Below, piece by piece: positions 38,047 through 47,051 of a stretch of 64,000 nt of DNA; the first letter of the stretch is position 1, and each line of letters opens with the position of its first letter. The translations under genes and the position numbers were made by a program. The stretch comes from Deltaproteobacteria bacterium (GTDB lineage Bacteria; Desulfobacterota; Syntrophia; Syntrophales; JAAYKM01), in the NCBI GenBank assembly GCA_012522415.1, contig JAAYKM010000051.1:9371-73370 (forward strand), read 5' to 3'. The notes beneath the pieces are model-generated. The model did no database searches. It saw nothing but the letters and a program-made list of their open reading frames with translations, and was not told the DNA's origin.

Positions 38047-39254
38047 ATGGGACCGGATTTGATTGACAAGTTGATTATCAGGAACGAATCAAAAATTGTC
38101 TACCTCATCATGGACGGGCTGGGAGGCCTCCCCGTGGAAGAGGGAGGATGGACCGAACTGGAAACCGCCCGGACGCCCAACCTGGACGCCCTGGCCCGGA
38201 AGTCCGTCTGCGGTCTTTTGGATCCCATCGGTTACGGGATCACCCCGGGAAGCGGGCCGGCCCATTTTTCCCTGTTCGGCTACGACCCGGTCAAAACCAA
38301 TGTCGGACGGGGCCTTCTGTCCGCGGCGGGCGTGGACTTTCCCATTACGGACCGGGATCTGTTCATGCGTACGAATTTTGCCACCATCGACGGGGAAGGC
38401 CGGGTCATCGACCGTCGGGCGGGCCGGATCGATACGGAGGAGAACCGGCGCATCTGCAACAAACTGAAAAACGGGATAAAACTACCGGACGGTGTCGAGG
38501 CGTTTTTTGTAACGGAAAAGGAGCACCGCGCCCTGTTCGTATTGCGAGGGAACGATCTGCGTGAAGAAATTGCTGACACGGACCCCCAAAAAACGGGAAC
38601 GATTCCTCACGAGCCGGTCGCCCTGATCCCGGAAGCGGAGAAGACTTCGGTCCTTGTCCGTTCATTGATGGAGCAATGCAAATCCGTTCTGGCGGATGAG
38701 AAGAAGGCCAACATGGTTCTCTTTCGCGGCCTTCCCGCCTGCATCGTTTTCCCGGCGTAACGGAGCGATTCGGTCTTCATGCCCTGGCTATCGCCAATTA
38801 CCCCATGTACAGGGGTATCGCACGGCTTCTGGGCATGACCGTCGCGCCCCCCACATCCACCATCGAGGGAGAGATCCAGGCTCTGGAAAAACATTATCCG
38901 GCCTACGATTTTTTCTTCGTCCATATCAAGCCGACCGACTCGCGGGGAGAGGACGGAGATTTCGAGGCGAAGGTCAGGGTCATTGAAGAGGTGGATACCT
39001 TCATCCCCAGGATAACGGCTTTGAATCCCGACGTGGTGATCGTAACGGGAGACCACTCCACCCCGGCAGCCATGGGCCGTCACAGTTGGCATCCCGTACC
39101 GGCCATGCTCTACGCGAAGACCTGTCGTCCCGACACCGTCATTCGATTTGGGGAAAGGGACTGCGCCGGAGGGGCCTTGGGCAGAATGCCCATGGTTTAC
39201 TTGATGGGTCTGGCTCTCGCTCACGCCGGACGCCTGGAAAAATTCGGCGCGTAA
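38047..39254 (+). pseudogene. apgM: Cofactor-independent phosphoglycerate mutase (ApgM type) interrupted by a 1-nt frameshift
   Basis: The N-terminal part (to the stop at 38758-38760) reads YLIMDGLGGLP...ARTPNLDALA...ANMVLFRG. The -1 frame continues SRLHRFPGVTERFGLHALAIANYPMYRGIARLLGM...TGDHSTPAAMGRHSWHPVP. The frame switch is at about 38731-38736 (ggccttcccgcc). Confidence 0.8.
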
Positions 39255-39315
39255 AAGCGGCAGGCCGCCCCTTTTGAACCCTTCCTCTTTTGTGCTGCCG
39301 TTTCCATCGGCGTCG

Positions 39316-41016
39316 CTACTTCCCCCGTTTGGCCATTTCCTCGTTTCGCAATTCCTTCCGCAGAATCTTCCCCACCGCCGATTTCGGCAGTTCACTGCGG
39401 AATTCAATTTCCGTCGGCAGTTTATAGACGGCGAGCCGTGTTTTGCAGAAATCGAGGAATTCCTGATAAGTCACGGTCTCCCCCTCTTTGAGCACCACAA
39501 ACACCTTCACATTTTCACCACGCCTTGGGTCGGGGATGCCGATGGCGCAGGCTTCCTGAACCTTCGGGTGGGTATAAAACACTTCGTCGATTTCCCGTGG
39601 ATAGACATTGAATCCCCCGGAGAGGATCACGTCTTTTTTCCGGTCCACGATGAAAAAGTAGCCGTCCTCGTCCATGACCGCAATATCGCCTGTATAACAC
39701 CAGCCGTCCCGTAAGGCGTTCTCCGTTTCGTCGGGCCTGTCCTTGTATCCCCGCATCACCTGCGGTCCCTTGATTATCAGCTCCCCCGGTTCACCGACCG
39801 GCATTTCCCGGACGCCCTGCTCGACGTCCACAATCCGCGCCAGGGTATCGGAAATGGGGATACCGACGCTTCCCACCTTCCGGGCGCCTCCGGCAAAGGG
39901 GTTGACATGGGTCACCGGCGAAGTCTCCGTCATACCGAATCCCTCCACGATCACCGCGCCCGTTATCGCTTCAAACTCCTGGATCACGTCGACGGCCAGG
40001 GGAGCGCTGCCGGAAAAGGCCCCTTTCATACATTTTATATCGGTCTTTCCAAGCCGCGGATGACCAAGAAGACCCACGTACATGGTCGGCACCAGAGGCG
40101 CGAACGTCGGCTTATACCTTTTGATGGCCTTCAGCAGGGGGTCCGGCTGAGGCTTGGGAACAAGAATTTGGGGCCAGCCCATAAACAGGGCAAAATTCAT
40201 GCAGGCGGTCAAACCGAAAACATGAAAGTAGGGAAGCGCTCCCAGAACGATTTCACCCCCCCGCTCGAATTTGGGAAACCAGGCCGCCGCCTGCTGCACC
40301 TGGCGGGACAGGTTCCCGTGGGTCAATTCAACCCCCTTCGATATTCCCGTCGTCCCGCCGGTGTACTGGTACATGGCCACGTCGTCAAAGGCGATTTTCA
40401 TGTCCCGTGTATAGGGTTCGTGACCGGCGATGCAGTCCTTCCAGGAAAACACATTCGGCGCGGGCTTCACTGACGCCGCCAGGCGTTTTTTCTTCGCTAC
40501 CCAATGAAAGAGAAGATTCTTGGGAAAGGGGAGATAGTCTCCGATGGACGTGATGACGATCTGCCTGATCTTCGTTCTGGACCGGAGATCGATCATGCGG
40601 TTCCCCAAAAGGTCAATGGAAATCAACACTTTGGCGCCAGAATCGTTGAACTGGTATTCCAGTTCCCGGTCCGAGTACAGGGGGTTGTTCATGACCGTGA
40701 CGGCCCCTATTTTCATGATCGCGTAATAGGCGACGACACAGGGAATCATATTGGGGAGGAGGATCGCCACGGCGTCGCCCCGCTTGACGCCGAATGAAAC
40801 GAGGCAGCCGGCAAAGCGGTCGATCATGTCCTGCATCCGGCGAAAAGACAACCGATAGCCCTCGAACACAAGGGCCGTCCGGTCGGGAAAATGCCGAACC
40901 GTCCGCTCCAGGATTTCGGGCAGGCATATTTCCTCGTACCGGATGGACTCGGGCACGCCCTGTTCGTAGTGCTTCAGCCAGGGTTTTTTTAAATAGGGAC
41001 TGTCCGCTTCCATCAT
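39316..41016 (-). CDS. fadD: Long-chain-fatty-acid--CoA ligase
   Basis: 566 aa with MYQYTGGTTGISKGVELTHGN, EGFGMTETSP, GWCYTGDIAVMDEDGYFFIVDRKKD and YKLP. Confidence 0.85.
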   Translation of the reverse strand: MMEADSPYLKKPWLKHYEQGVPESIRYEEICLPEILERTVRHFPDRTALVFEGYRLSFRRMQDMIDRFAGCLVSFGVKRGDAVAILLPNMIPCVVAYYAIMKIGAVTVMNNPLYSDRELEYQFNDSGAKVLISIDLLGNRMIDLRSRTKIRQIVITSIGDYLPFPKNLLFHWVAKKKRLAASVKPAPNVFSWKDCIAGHEPYTRDMKIAFDDVAMYQYTGGTTGISKGVELTHGNLSRQVQQAAAWFPKFERGGEIVLGALPYFHVFGLTACMNFALFMGWPQILVPKPQPDPLLKAIKRYKPTFAPLVPTMYVGLLGHPRLGKTDIKCMKGAFSGSAPLAVDVIQEFEAITGAVIVEGFGMTETSPVTHVNPFAGGARKVGSVGIPISDTLARIVDVEQGVREMPVGEPGELIIKGPQVMRGYKDRPDETENALRDGWCYTGDIAVMDEDGYFFIVDRKKDVILSGGFNVYPREIDEVFYTHPKVQEACAIGIPDPRRGENVKVFVVLKEGETVTYQEFLDFCKTRLAVYKLPTEIEFRSELPKSAVGKILRKELRNEEMAKRGK

Positions 41017-41131
41017 GCCCCTCTCAAGTCGTATATAGGCCCGGATTCAGGAAAAAGCACGATCGCATCGGGGAATTCCCAGGTATCGGTTTTTCCTTCA
41101 TCCGTTATGGGACGCGACATGTGAGATCAGG

Positions 41132-42544
41132 TTAAAAGGTATAGTTCAGCGTCATGGCGCCGCCCCAGAGATGCCCGTCCGCCTCCAGGGCAACCCGGGG
41201 ATCCCCGCCGCCCTTTTCATACGTGTCGTTCAGGTTCGCGCTTTCCCCCTTGATTTTACGCTTCTCGGGAATCCAGGTGTACTGGATTGTCGCATCGACG
41301 CTGATACGGCCAAAATTCAGGCCCGTGCCCAGGGCAAACGTATGCTTGTCCGCATCGGGCCACTGGATGTCCATCGTGCGGTCCGGGATGGGGGTCGGGT
41401 CGTAGAGGTAAGACCCGCGAAGGGCGATCATCGTGTTGACTTTCCATTCGGCTCCAAGGCGGAACTGGATCGTATCGTCCCAGTCCCGTTTAAAGTATTC
41501 GGATGTTTTGGCCGGGTTCATCGGTCCCAGGGCCGGCACATTGAGGAAGGGACGGTTGAATTTCACGGTGTACCCGTCTATGACGGACCAGTGGGTCCAC
41601 GTCACATCGGCCTCAATCGAAATTTTCTCACTGGGGATATAGCGGATCCCCGCCTGGATCTGCTCCGGGTGGTCAATTTCGGTTTTGGCGCGCACCTTTG
41701 TGTTGGACAACGGCACGGTCAATGGGCCTCCTTCCGTCATAACGGTGATTTCCCCTCCCACCCCTTTCATCTTCGTCGTTCCCTCGAACTTCGTATCCGT
41801 TCTTCCCCGGTAGGTGAGGCCGAAAACCAGGAAATCAACCGGTTTATACATGAGTCCCACATTGAAGGACCAGTTGAAATCGTCATCCAGTTCGGTGATG
41901 ACACGCTTGTTGTGAAGCGAAGAAAGGGGTGAAAAGGCGCGGCGCTCCACGCCGCTTTTGGATTTCCCGAAAGACAGCCCCGCGCCGACGGAAAATTTGT
42001 CGTGGAACTTGTAGGCGAGGGTCGGTGAAACGACCTCCCGCAAATAGTAGGAGCGATAGGAATTATACGAACCGGGATTGCAGCAAAAACCGGAACCCAA
42101 CCCCGTGGCGGCCACATCCTTCTTCCATTGGATGTCCAGGCCATAGGGAACGTAGGCGGCCACGCCGGCGGAGAATCCCTCCCCGATGGGCATGGCGAAT
42201 CCCAGATGGGGAACAACGAGAAGTCGCGACTGATCGTACATGTTCGCAGGACCAACGACACCGTCAGGCACATAATCCATACCGGTCACCCGATAATCGT
42301 AGACCCGTATGACCGGCTTCACGACGTTCGCCCCCATAGAAAGCGTGGGTTTTTCGATCTGGGTCAGGCCCGCAGGGTTGTAATAGGCTGCAAACGGATC
42401 GTCTGCATAGGCGCTGAAGGCACCACCCAGGGCCGTGGCCTTGGCGCCGATACCGTAAGTATCGACATTGCCCGCCCTCACCGTTACGGTTGCCACCAAG
42501 ACAGCCAGGACCATGATGGCAAAAGAGACCAATCCCTTTCTCAT
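41132..42544 (-). CDS. fadL: FadL/TodX (OMPP1) family outer-membrane hydrophobic-compound transporter
   Basis: About 471 aa from the ATG at 42544 (GGGGGAAGGA upstream). It has a signal peptide MRKGLVSFAIMVLAVLVATVTVRA, the N-terminal hatch motif GIGAKATALGGAFSAYADDPFAAYYNPAGL, and a C-terminal ...MTLNYTF. Confidence 0.85.
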   Translation of the reverse strand: MRKGLVSFAIMVLAVLVATVTVRAGNVDTYGIGAKATALGGAFSAYADDPFAAYYNPAGLTQIEKPTLSMGANVVKPVIRVYDYRVTGMDYVPDGVVGPANMYDQSRLLVVPHLGFAMPIGEGFSAGVAAYVPYGLDIQWKKDVAATGLGSGFCCNPGSYNSYRSYYLREVVSPTLAYKFHDKFSVGAGLSFGKSKSGVERRAFSPLSSLHNKRVITELDDDFNWSFNVGLMYKPVDFLVFGLTYRGRTDTKFEGTTKMKGVGGEITVMTEGGPLTVPLSNTKVRAKTEIDHPEQIQAGIRYIPSEKISIEADVTWTHWSVIDGYTVKFNRPFLNVPALGPMNPAKTSEYFKRDWDDTIQFRLGAEWKVNTMIALRGSYLYDPTPIPDRTMDIQWPDADKHTFALGTGLNFGRISVDATIQYTWIPEKRKIKGESANLNDTYEKGGGDPRVALEADGHLWGGAMTLNYTF

Positions 42545-42774
42545 CTTCCTTCCCCCTCTCTTGATTTGATCATGGAACAAGAATCTGCGCTCCCGCATCA
42601 CCGTTTCGCCCGGCAAGCGTACAACCTGGCACCGTTTCAGAAAAGAAGACCCCCGTCCCCCTGTCGGCGCTACATGGCATGAAGGGATGGTTGCTGAAAA
42701 CTTGAGATTCCTTAACACGGGGAGATTTCGGAATGCAAGGGGGAATCCTTTTCCTCCCCCAAGGGGATACGGAC

Positions 42775-42808
42775 AAAAACGCCCCCTGAGGATGATCCTT
42801 CAGGGGGC
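42775..42808 (-). terminator. Rho-independent terminator after the 722-aa FeS oxidoreductase gene
   Basis: On the minus strand gccccctgaagga tca tcctcagggggc is followed by gTTTTTg. A second small hairpin (gtttgct/agcaaac) precedes it. Confidence 0.75.
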
Positions 42809-42839
42809 GCCTGTCGTTTGCTTGAAGCAAACCGTTTTT

Positions 42840-45008
42840 CTATTCCAGTCCCATCGCTTCCCAGACGATTTCGGCGATATCCCGGGCCGTCATGCTCTCT
42901 TCCTTGTTGCGGTCCTTGATGCCGTCGCTCATCATGGTCAGGCAGAACGGGCATCCAACGGCGATCGTGTCGGCCCCTGCGGCAATTGCGTGATCCGTCC
43001 GCATATCATTGATGCGTTCACCGATATCCTCCTCCATCCACATGCGAGCCCCCCCCGCGCCGCAGCAGAAGCTCCGGGCCAGGTTGCGGTCCATCTCCGT
43101 GATCCTCATGCCGGGTACGGCCTTGAGGATCCGGCGGGGCTGATCGTAAATGTCGTTGTACCGGCCGAGGAAACAGGAATCGTGATACGTGAAGCTCCCT
43201 TCCACGGGTTTTTTCAGGGTGATTCTACCCTTCGCAATCAGATCCGCAATGATCTCCGAATGATGGTAGACCTCATAGTTCCCACCGAAATGGGGGTAAT
43301 CCTTCTTCAGGGCGTTATAGCCGTGGGGACAGGTGGCGATGATCTTCTTCACATCGTAGCCCGCCATGGTTTCGATGTTCATCTGGGCCATGGTCTGGTA
43401 GAGGTACTCGTTCCCGCCGCGCATGGCCGAATCGCCGCAGCACCCCTCTTCCGTACCCAGGATGGCAAAGCTGACACCCGCCGCCTGAAGGATCTTCGCG
43501 AAAGCCACGGTCACCTTCTTACCCCGGTCATCGAACGAGCCCGAACAGCCGACGTAGAAGAGGTATTCCACATTCCGGTCTTCCGCCAGGGTCTTGACAC
43601 CCAGATCCGCCGCCCAGTCGGCTCGCAAATGGGCGCCGATACCCCAGGGGTTGCTGTTGTTTTCCATGTTCCGGAAGGTCAGCTGGAGTTCCGGCGCGAA
43701 ATCCGCCTCCATCAGAACCTTGTACTGGCGCATGCCGACCACCTTCGGCACATGTTCGATGTCGGCAGGACAGTGCTCCATACAGTACATGCAGTTCGTA
43801 CAGGCCCACAGTTCATGGAGATCGATCTGCTCCCCGACCAGGGCTTTTTCTCCCCCGGCGGCGGGTTTCAGACCGTCCACAAAATTGTCCACCCTTTCCA
43901 GCCATCGACAGAAGAAACCCTGTTTGGGAGAGGTCTTGGGATTCCCCTCCCCATCGGTTTCCACAACCGCCTTCCTTTCCGCAATCGCCTCCGGGGCCTT
44001 CTCCAACCAGTAATTCTTTATATCCTGGGTCAGTTTTTTCGGCGACAGGGGCTTGCCCGACAGGTAGGCGGGGCAGCCGTCCTGACAGCGCCCGCACTCG
44101 GTGCAGGCGTCACCGTCGAAGATCTGTTTCCACGTAAAATCCTGAATCTGTCCGGCGCCGAAAGACTCGGCGTTTTCAAAATCCCGGATCGGCTCGATCT
44201 GGCCGACGGGCAGCATGGTCTTCATGTACTGATTGGCCGGGGTCGTATAAATGTGCAGCAACCTCGAGTAGGGGATGTAGGCGATGAAGCCGAGAGACAT
44301 GAAAGCATGAATCCACCAGGTCCACTTGTGCATGGCCTTCGCCGTTCCCAACTCGACGCCGGCGAACATTTTCGACACCCCGTAACCGACAACGGACCAG
44401 ATTTCCCAGGGGGGTTTGGTCACATGGATACGCAAAGCCTCGATGATAAACCCCGTCAGGATGATCGCCACCAGCAGCAGTAGAACAATGGCGTCATCGG
44501 GCCCGCTGTCCGGTTTGCCCCTGTAACCCAAACGGTCCGGTTTGGCCAGGTAGCGCCGGTCGATGGCCATGAGCGCACCCACAAGGACACACACACCGAA
44601 AATTTCCATGATCAGGGAGAAGATCAGATAAAAATTACCCCGAAGAAAAGCCCATCCAAGAGGTTCCGTGATATGAAATTCCGTGGCGTCGAACGCGGCG
44701 CCCCAGATCAGGACGAAGAAACCAAAAAAGATAAGGCCGTGCATGACGCCGGGATAGAGTTCCTTCGAGGTGTTGGCCTGTAAAACGACATTCTTCAGCA
44801 GGTATTTGAGCCGTTCGCCGCGGTTTTCGAACCGATTTTCCGGTTCCGCCTTCCCGACGGCTTTCCACATGCGCCAGCGCCGGTAAAAGCCGTAAGCCAT
44901 AATCGCCAGGGCGATGGCCGTAAAGAAAAAGAGTACGGGTTCAAAATAATCCGCGTTCCAGAATACCTGTCTCCCCTCGTTTCCGACGGAAAAGGTTGTA
45001 TGTTCCAT
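42840..45008 (-). CDS. Membrane FeS oxidoreductase (NarI-like domain, 2x[4Fe-4S], two CCG domains); paralogue of 12709-14718
   Basis: 722 aa. The N-terminus is hydrophobic with His residues (GVMHGLIFFG, WWIHAFMSLGFIAYIPYSRLLHIYTTP). It then has CTECGRCQDGCP, CTNCMYCMEHCP, CCGDSAMRGGNEY, CPHGYN, DSCFLGR, FCCGAGGARMW and CPFCLTM. It is adjacent to etfAB. Confidence 0.9.
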   Translation of the reverse strand: MEHTTFSVGNEGRQVFWNADYFEPVLFFFTAIALAIMAYGFYRRWRMWKAVGKAEPENRFENRGERLKYLLKNVVLQANTSKELYPGVMHGLIFFGFFVLIWGAAFDATEFHITEPLGWAFLRGNFYLIFSLIMEIFGVCVLVGALMAIDRRYLAKPDRLGYRGKPDSGPDDAIVLLLLVAIILTGFIIEALRIHVTKPPWEIWSVVGYGVSKMFAGVELGTAKAMHKWTWWIHAFMSLGFIAYIPYSRLLHIYTTPANQYMKTMLPVGQIEPIRDFENAESFGAGQIQDFTWKQIFDGDACTECGRCQDGCPAYLSGKPLSPKKLTQDIKNYWLEKAPEAIAERKAVVETDGEGNPKTSPKQGFFCRWLERVDNFVDGLKPAAGGEKALVGEQIDLHELWACTNCMYCMEHCPADIEHVPKVVGMRQYKVLMEADFAPELQLTFRNMENNSNPWGIGAHLRADWAADLGVKTLAEDRNVEYLFYVGCSGSFDDRGKKVTVAFAKILQAAGVSFAILGTEEGCCGDSAMRGGNEYLYQTMAQMNIETMAGYDVKKIIATCPHGYNALKKDYPHFGGNYEVYHHSEIIADLIAKGRITLKKPVEGSFTYHDSCFLGRYNDIYDQPRRILKAVPGMRITEMDRNLARSFCCGAGGARMWMEEDIGERINDMRTDHAIAAGADTIAVGCPFCLTMMSDGIKDRNKEESMTARDIAEIVWEAMGLE

Positions 45009-45156
45009 AACGCCTCCGTGAGTATATATACTAAAGCAGACCGGTCAGCTCGCTTTTCCGAGAAAACCCCGCCCATCGCTAGGGACAGGCGGGGTGCCCA
45101 GGTATCGTCACACACCTCCTCTGAAAAAGCAGGAAGCAAAATCCATGTCCTCCGCT

Positions 45157-46134
45157 CTAGGCCAGGAGTTTCTTGCACTCTTTGGTCAGTTCGGGAACGA
45201 ACTTGAACAGATCATCCACGATGCCGTAATCCGCCTTAGCGAAAATCGGGGCTTCCGCGTCCTTGTTCACGGCCACGATCACTTTGGACGAACTCATACC
45301 GGCGAGATGCTGAATCGAACCGGAGATACCGCAAGCGATATACAGATTCGGAGAAACCACCTTGCCCGTCTGGCCAACCTGATCCGACTGGGGGCGCCAT
45401 CCGGCGTCCACCGAAGCGCGGGATGCGCCGACCGTTGCGCCGAGGACCTCCGCCAGTTCTTCCAGGCACGCGTAACCCTCGGGGCCCTGCACACCGCGAC
45501 CGCCGGACACGATGAAGTTTGCTTCCGTCAGATCGACCTTGCCACTCGTCTCCTTCTGCACTTCCACAACCTTTGTTTTCAACTGGGACGCATCGATTCC
45601 CGGATCAAATTTCTCGACGGCGCCGGCCTTCGCATTTTCCACCGCCGCAAACACATTGGGTCGCAGGGAGGCCATCTGGGGGAAGGAGGAAACCACGACT
45701 TCCCCGTAGCACTTGCCGGCATACATGGGACGAATCGCAACCATTTTACCCCCGTCAAGACGCAGGGCTGTGCAGTCCGTCGCCATACCCGTCGCCAGCT
45801 TCCCGACCAGACGGGAGGCAAGGTCCTTGCCCTGGGCCGAGGCGCCGAGGAGCAGGATCGCCGGATCCTTTTCTTTCACGATCGCGGCAACGGCCAGCGC
45901 GTGCGCGTCCGTCGTATAGGGTTCAAACATGGCGTCATCCGCCACATACACTTTATCCACACCGTATTTTCCCAGTTCGCCTGCAATACCCTCAATCCCG
46001 GAACCGACAAGAACGGCGCATACCTCGTCGCCCAGTTCGTCGGCCAGCTTTCGCGCCGTGCTTGCAAGCTCGAAGGAGATCTTACGGAAGGCGCCTTCTC
46101 TTTGCTCTGCAACTATCCATACACCTTTAGCCAT
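45157..46134 (-). CDS. etfA: Electron transfer flavoprotein alpha subunit (canonical type)
   Basis: 325 aa with RPMYAGK, IVSGGRG, SRASVDAGW, QVGQTGKVVSPNLYIACGISGSIQHLAGM. Confidence 0.95.
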   Translation of the reverse strand: MAKGVWIVAEQREGAFRKISFELASTARKLADELGDEVCAVLVGSGIEGIAGELGKYGVDKVYVADDAMFEPYTTDAHALAVAAIVKEKDPAILLLGASAQGKDLASRLVGKLATGMATDCTALRLDGGKMVAIRPMYAGKCYGEVVVSSFPQMASLRPNVFAAVENAKAGAVEKFDPGIDASQLKTKVVEVQKETSGKVDLTEANFIVSGGRGVQGPEGYACLEELAEVLGATVGASRASVDAGWRPQSDQVGQTGKVVSPNLYIACGISGSIQHLAGMSSSKVIVAVNKDAEAPIFAKADYGIVDDLFKFVPELTKECKKLLA

Positions 46135-46161
46135 TTTTCTTACCTCCGTATATCCTTTTCA

Positions 46162-46932
46162 TTAAATAACCTTCGCCTCTTCCCGCAGCAGCTTCGCAAG
46201 CTCAGCGGCCTTCGCAGCCGGATCATCACCGGTGATGATCTTGCCTGGAGGTCTGGCCGGAGGTGGTACGAATTTGACAATCTTGGCCTTGTCCTGCGCG
46301 GTCACACCCAGCGCGGCGGCGTCCTTGATGTCCACCGGTTTTTTCTTTGCCTTCATGATGCCCGGAAGCGAGGCGTAACGAGGTTCGTTCAATCCCTTTT
46401 GCGCCGTCAACACGCAGGGAAGAGGACTCTCGATGATGAGCTGGGCACCTTCAATGGCCCGTTGCGTCTTGACCCGTCCGTCCATCACTTCCACCTTGGT
46501 CACCAGGGTGACCTGCGGGAGGTCCAGCATCTCCGCCAGGATCGAACCGACCTGGCCGCTGTCATCGTCGATGGCCCGCTGTCCGCAGAAAATCAGATCG
46601 CAGGGAACGGTCTTGATGGCTGCGGCCAGAGCCGCGGCCGTCGTGTAGGCGTCGCCGTCGTTCAGGGACGCGTCATCGATGTGGATTCCCTTGTCCGCGC
46701 CCATGGCCAGGGCCGTCCGGATGCTTTCCATCGCTCTTCCCGGTCCGAGGGTAACGATGGTCACCTCTCCGCCATGCTTCTCCTTCAACCTGAGGGCTTC
46801 TTCCACGCCGAATTCGTCGTAGGGATTCATGACCCACTTGATGCCGCCCTCTTCAATCCCCGAGCCGTCGGCTTTCACCTTGATCAGGGTTTCCGTGTCC
46901 GGCACCTGCTTCACGCATGCAATGATATTCAC
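46162..46932 (-). CDS. etfB: Electron transfer flavoprotein beta subunit (canonical, non-bifurcating-type signature)
   Basis: 256 aa with ACVKQVPDT, CGQRAIDDDSGQVGS and the C-terminal arm PRYASLPGIMKAKKKP. Confidence 0.95.
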   Translation of the reverse strand: MNIIACVKQVPDTETLIKVKADGSGIEEGGIKWVMNPYDEFGVEEALRLKEKHGGEVTIVTLGPGRAMESIRTALAMGADKGIHIDDASLNDGDAYTTAAALAAAIKTVPCDLIFCGQRAIDDDSGQVGSILAEMLDLPQVTLVTKVEVMDGRVKTQRAIEGAQLIIESPLPCVLTAQKGLNEPRYASLPGIMKAKKKPVDIKDAAALGVTAQDKAKIVKFVPPPARPPGKIITGDDPAAKAAELAKLLREEAKVI

Positions 46933-47001
46933 TTCATCCTCCTCAATACCATGTACGCCGGGTGCAAGGTCGTCCTCACCCCTGGTACACTCTTAGTTAA
47001 G

Positions 47002-47037
47002 TTTCCGGTTCCCCGCGGAAAACCGGGGAACCGGAAA
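47002..47037. other. 14-bp perfect inverted repeat between acs and etfB
   Basis: tttccggttccccg (47002-47015) / cggggaaccggaaa (47024-47037) with an 8-nt loop. No U-tract follows on the coding (minus) strand, so it is not a canonical terminator. It could be an RNA processing or stability element, or a protein binding site. Confidence 0.5.
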
Positions 47038-47051
47038 AACACTTTCAACGA

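Noticed and set aside
39256-39278. A short palindrome, aaaagcggcaggccgcccctttt, between the convergent apgM and fadD genes, considered as a bidirectional terminator.
   Set aside because: The stem is only ~4 GC pairs with a 4-nt loop. That is too weak to call a terminator, although the flanking A and T runs are suggestive.
42687-44483. A 598-aa plus-strand ORF. Similar long antisense ORFs occur at 47337-49109, 50019-51605, 7751-9109, 10153-11547, 17555-18805, 21038-22048, 34860-35669, 36240-37160, 40187-41011 and 61276-62274.
   Set aside because: Each lies opposite a gene with strong family signatures (FeS oxidoreductase, acs, porin, the chimeric flavoprotein, the NuoF-like gene, ppsA, glnN, the acyl-CoA ligase, the thiolase, carB). 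They have no SD, no motifs and low-complexity composition.
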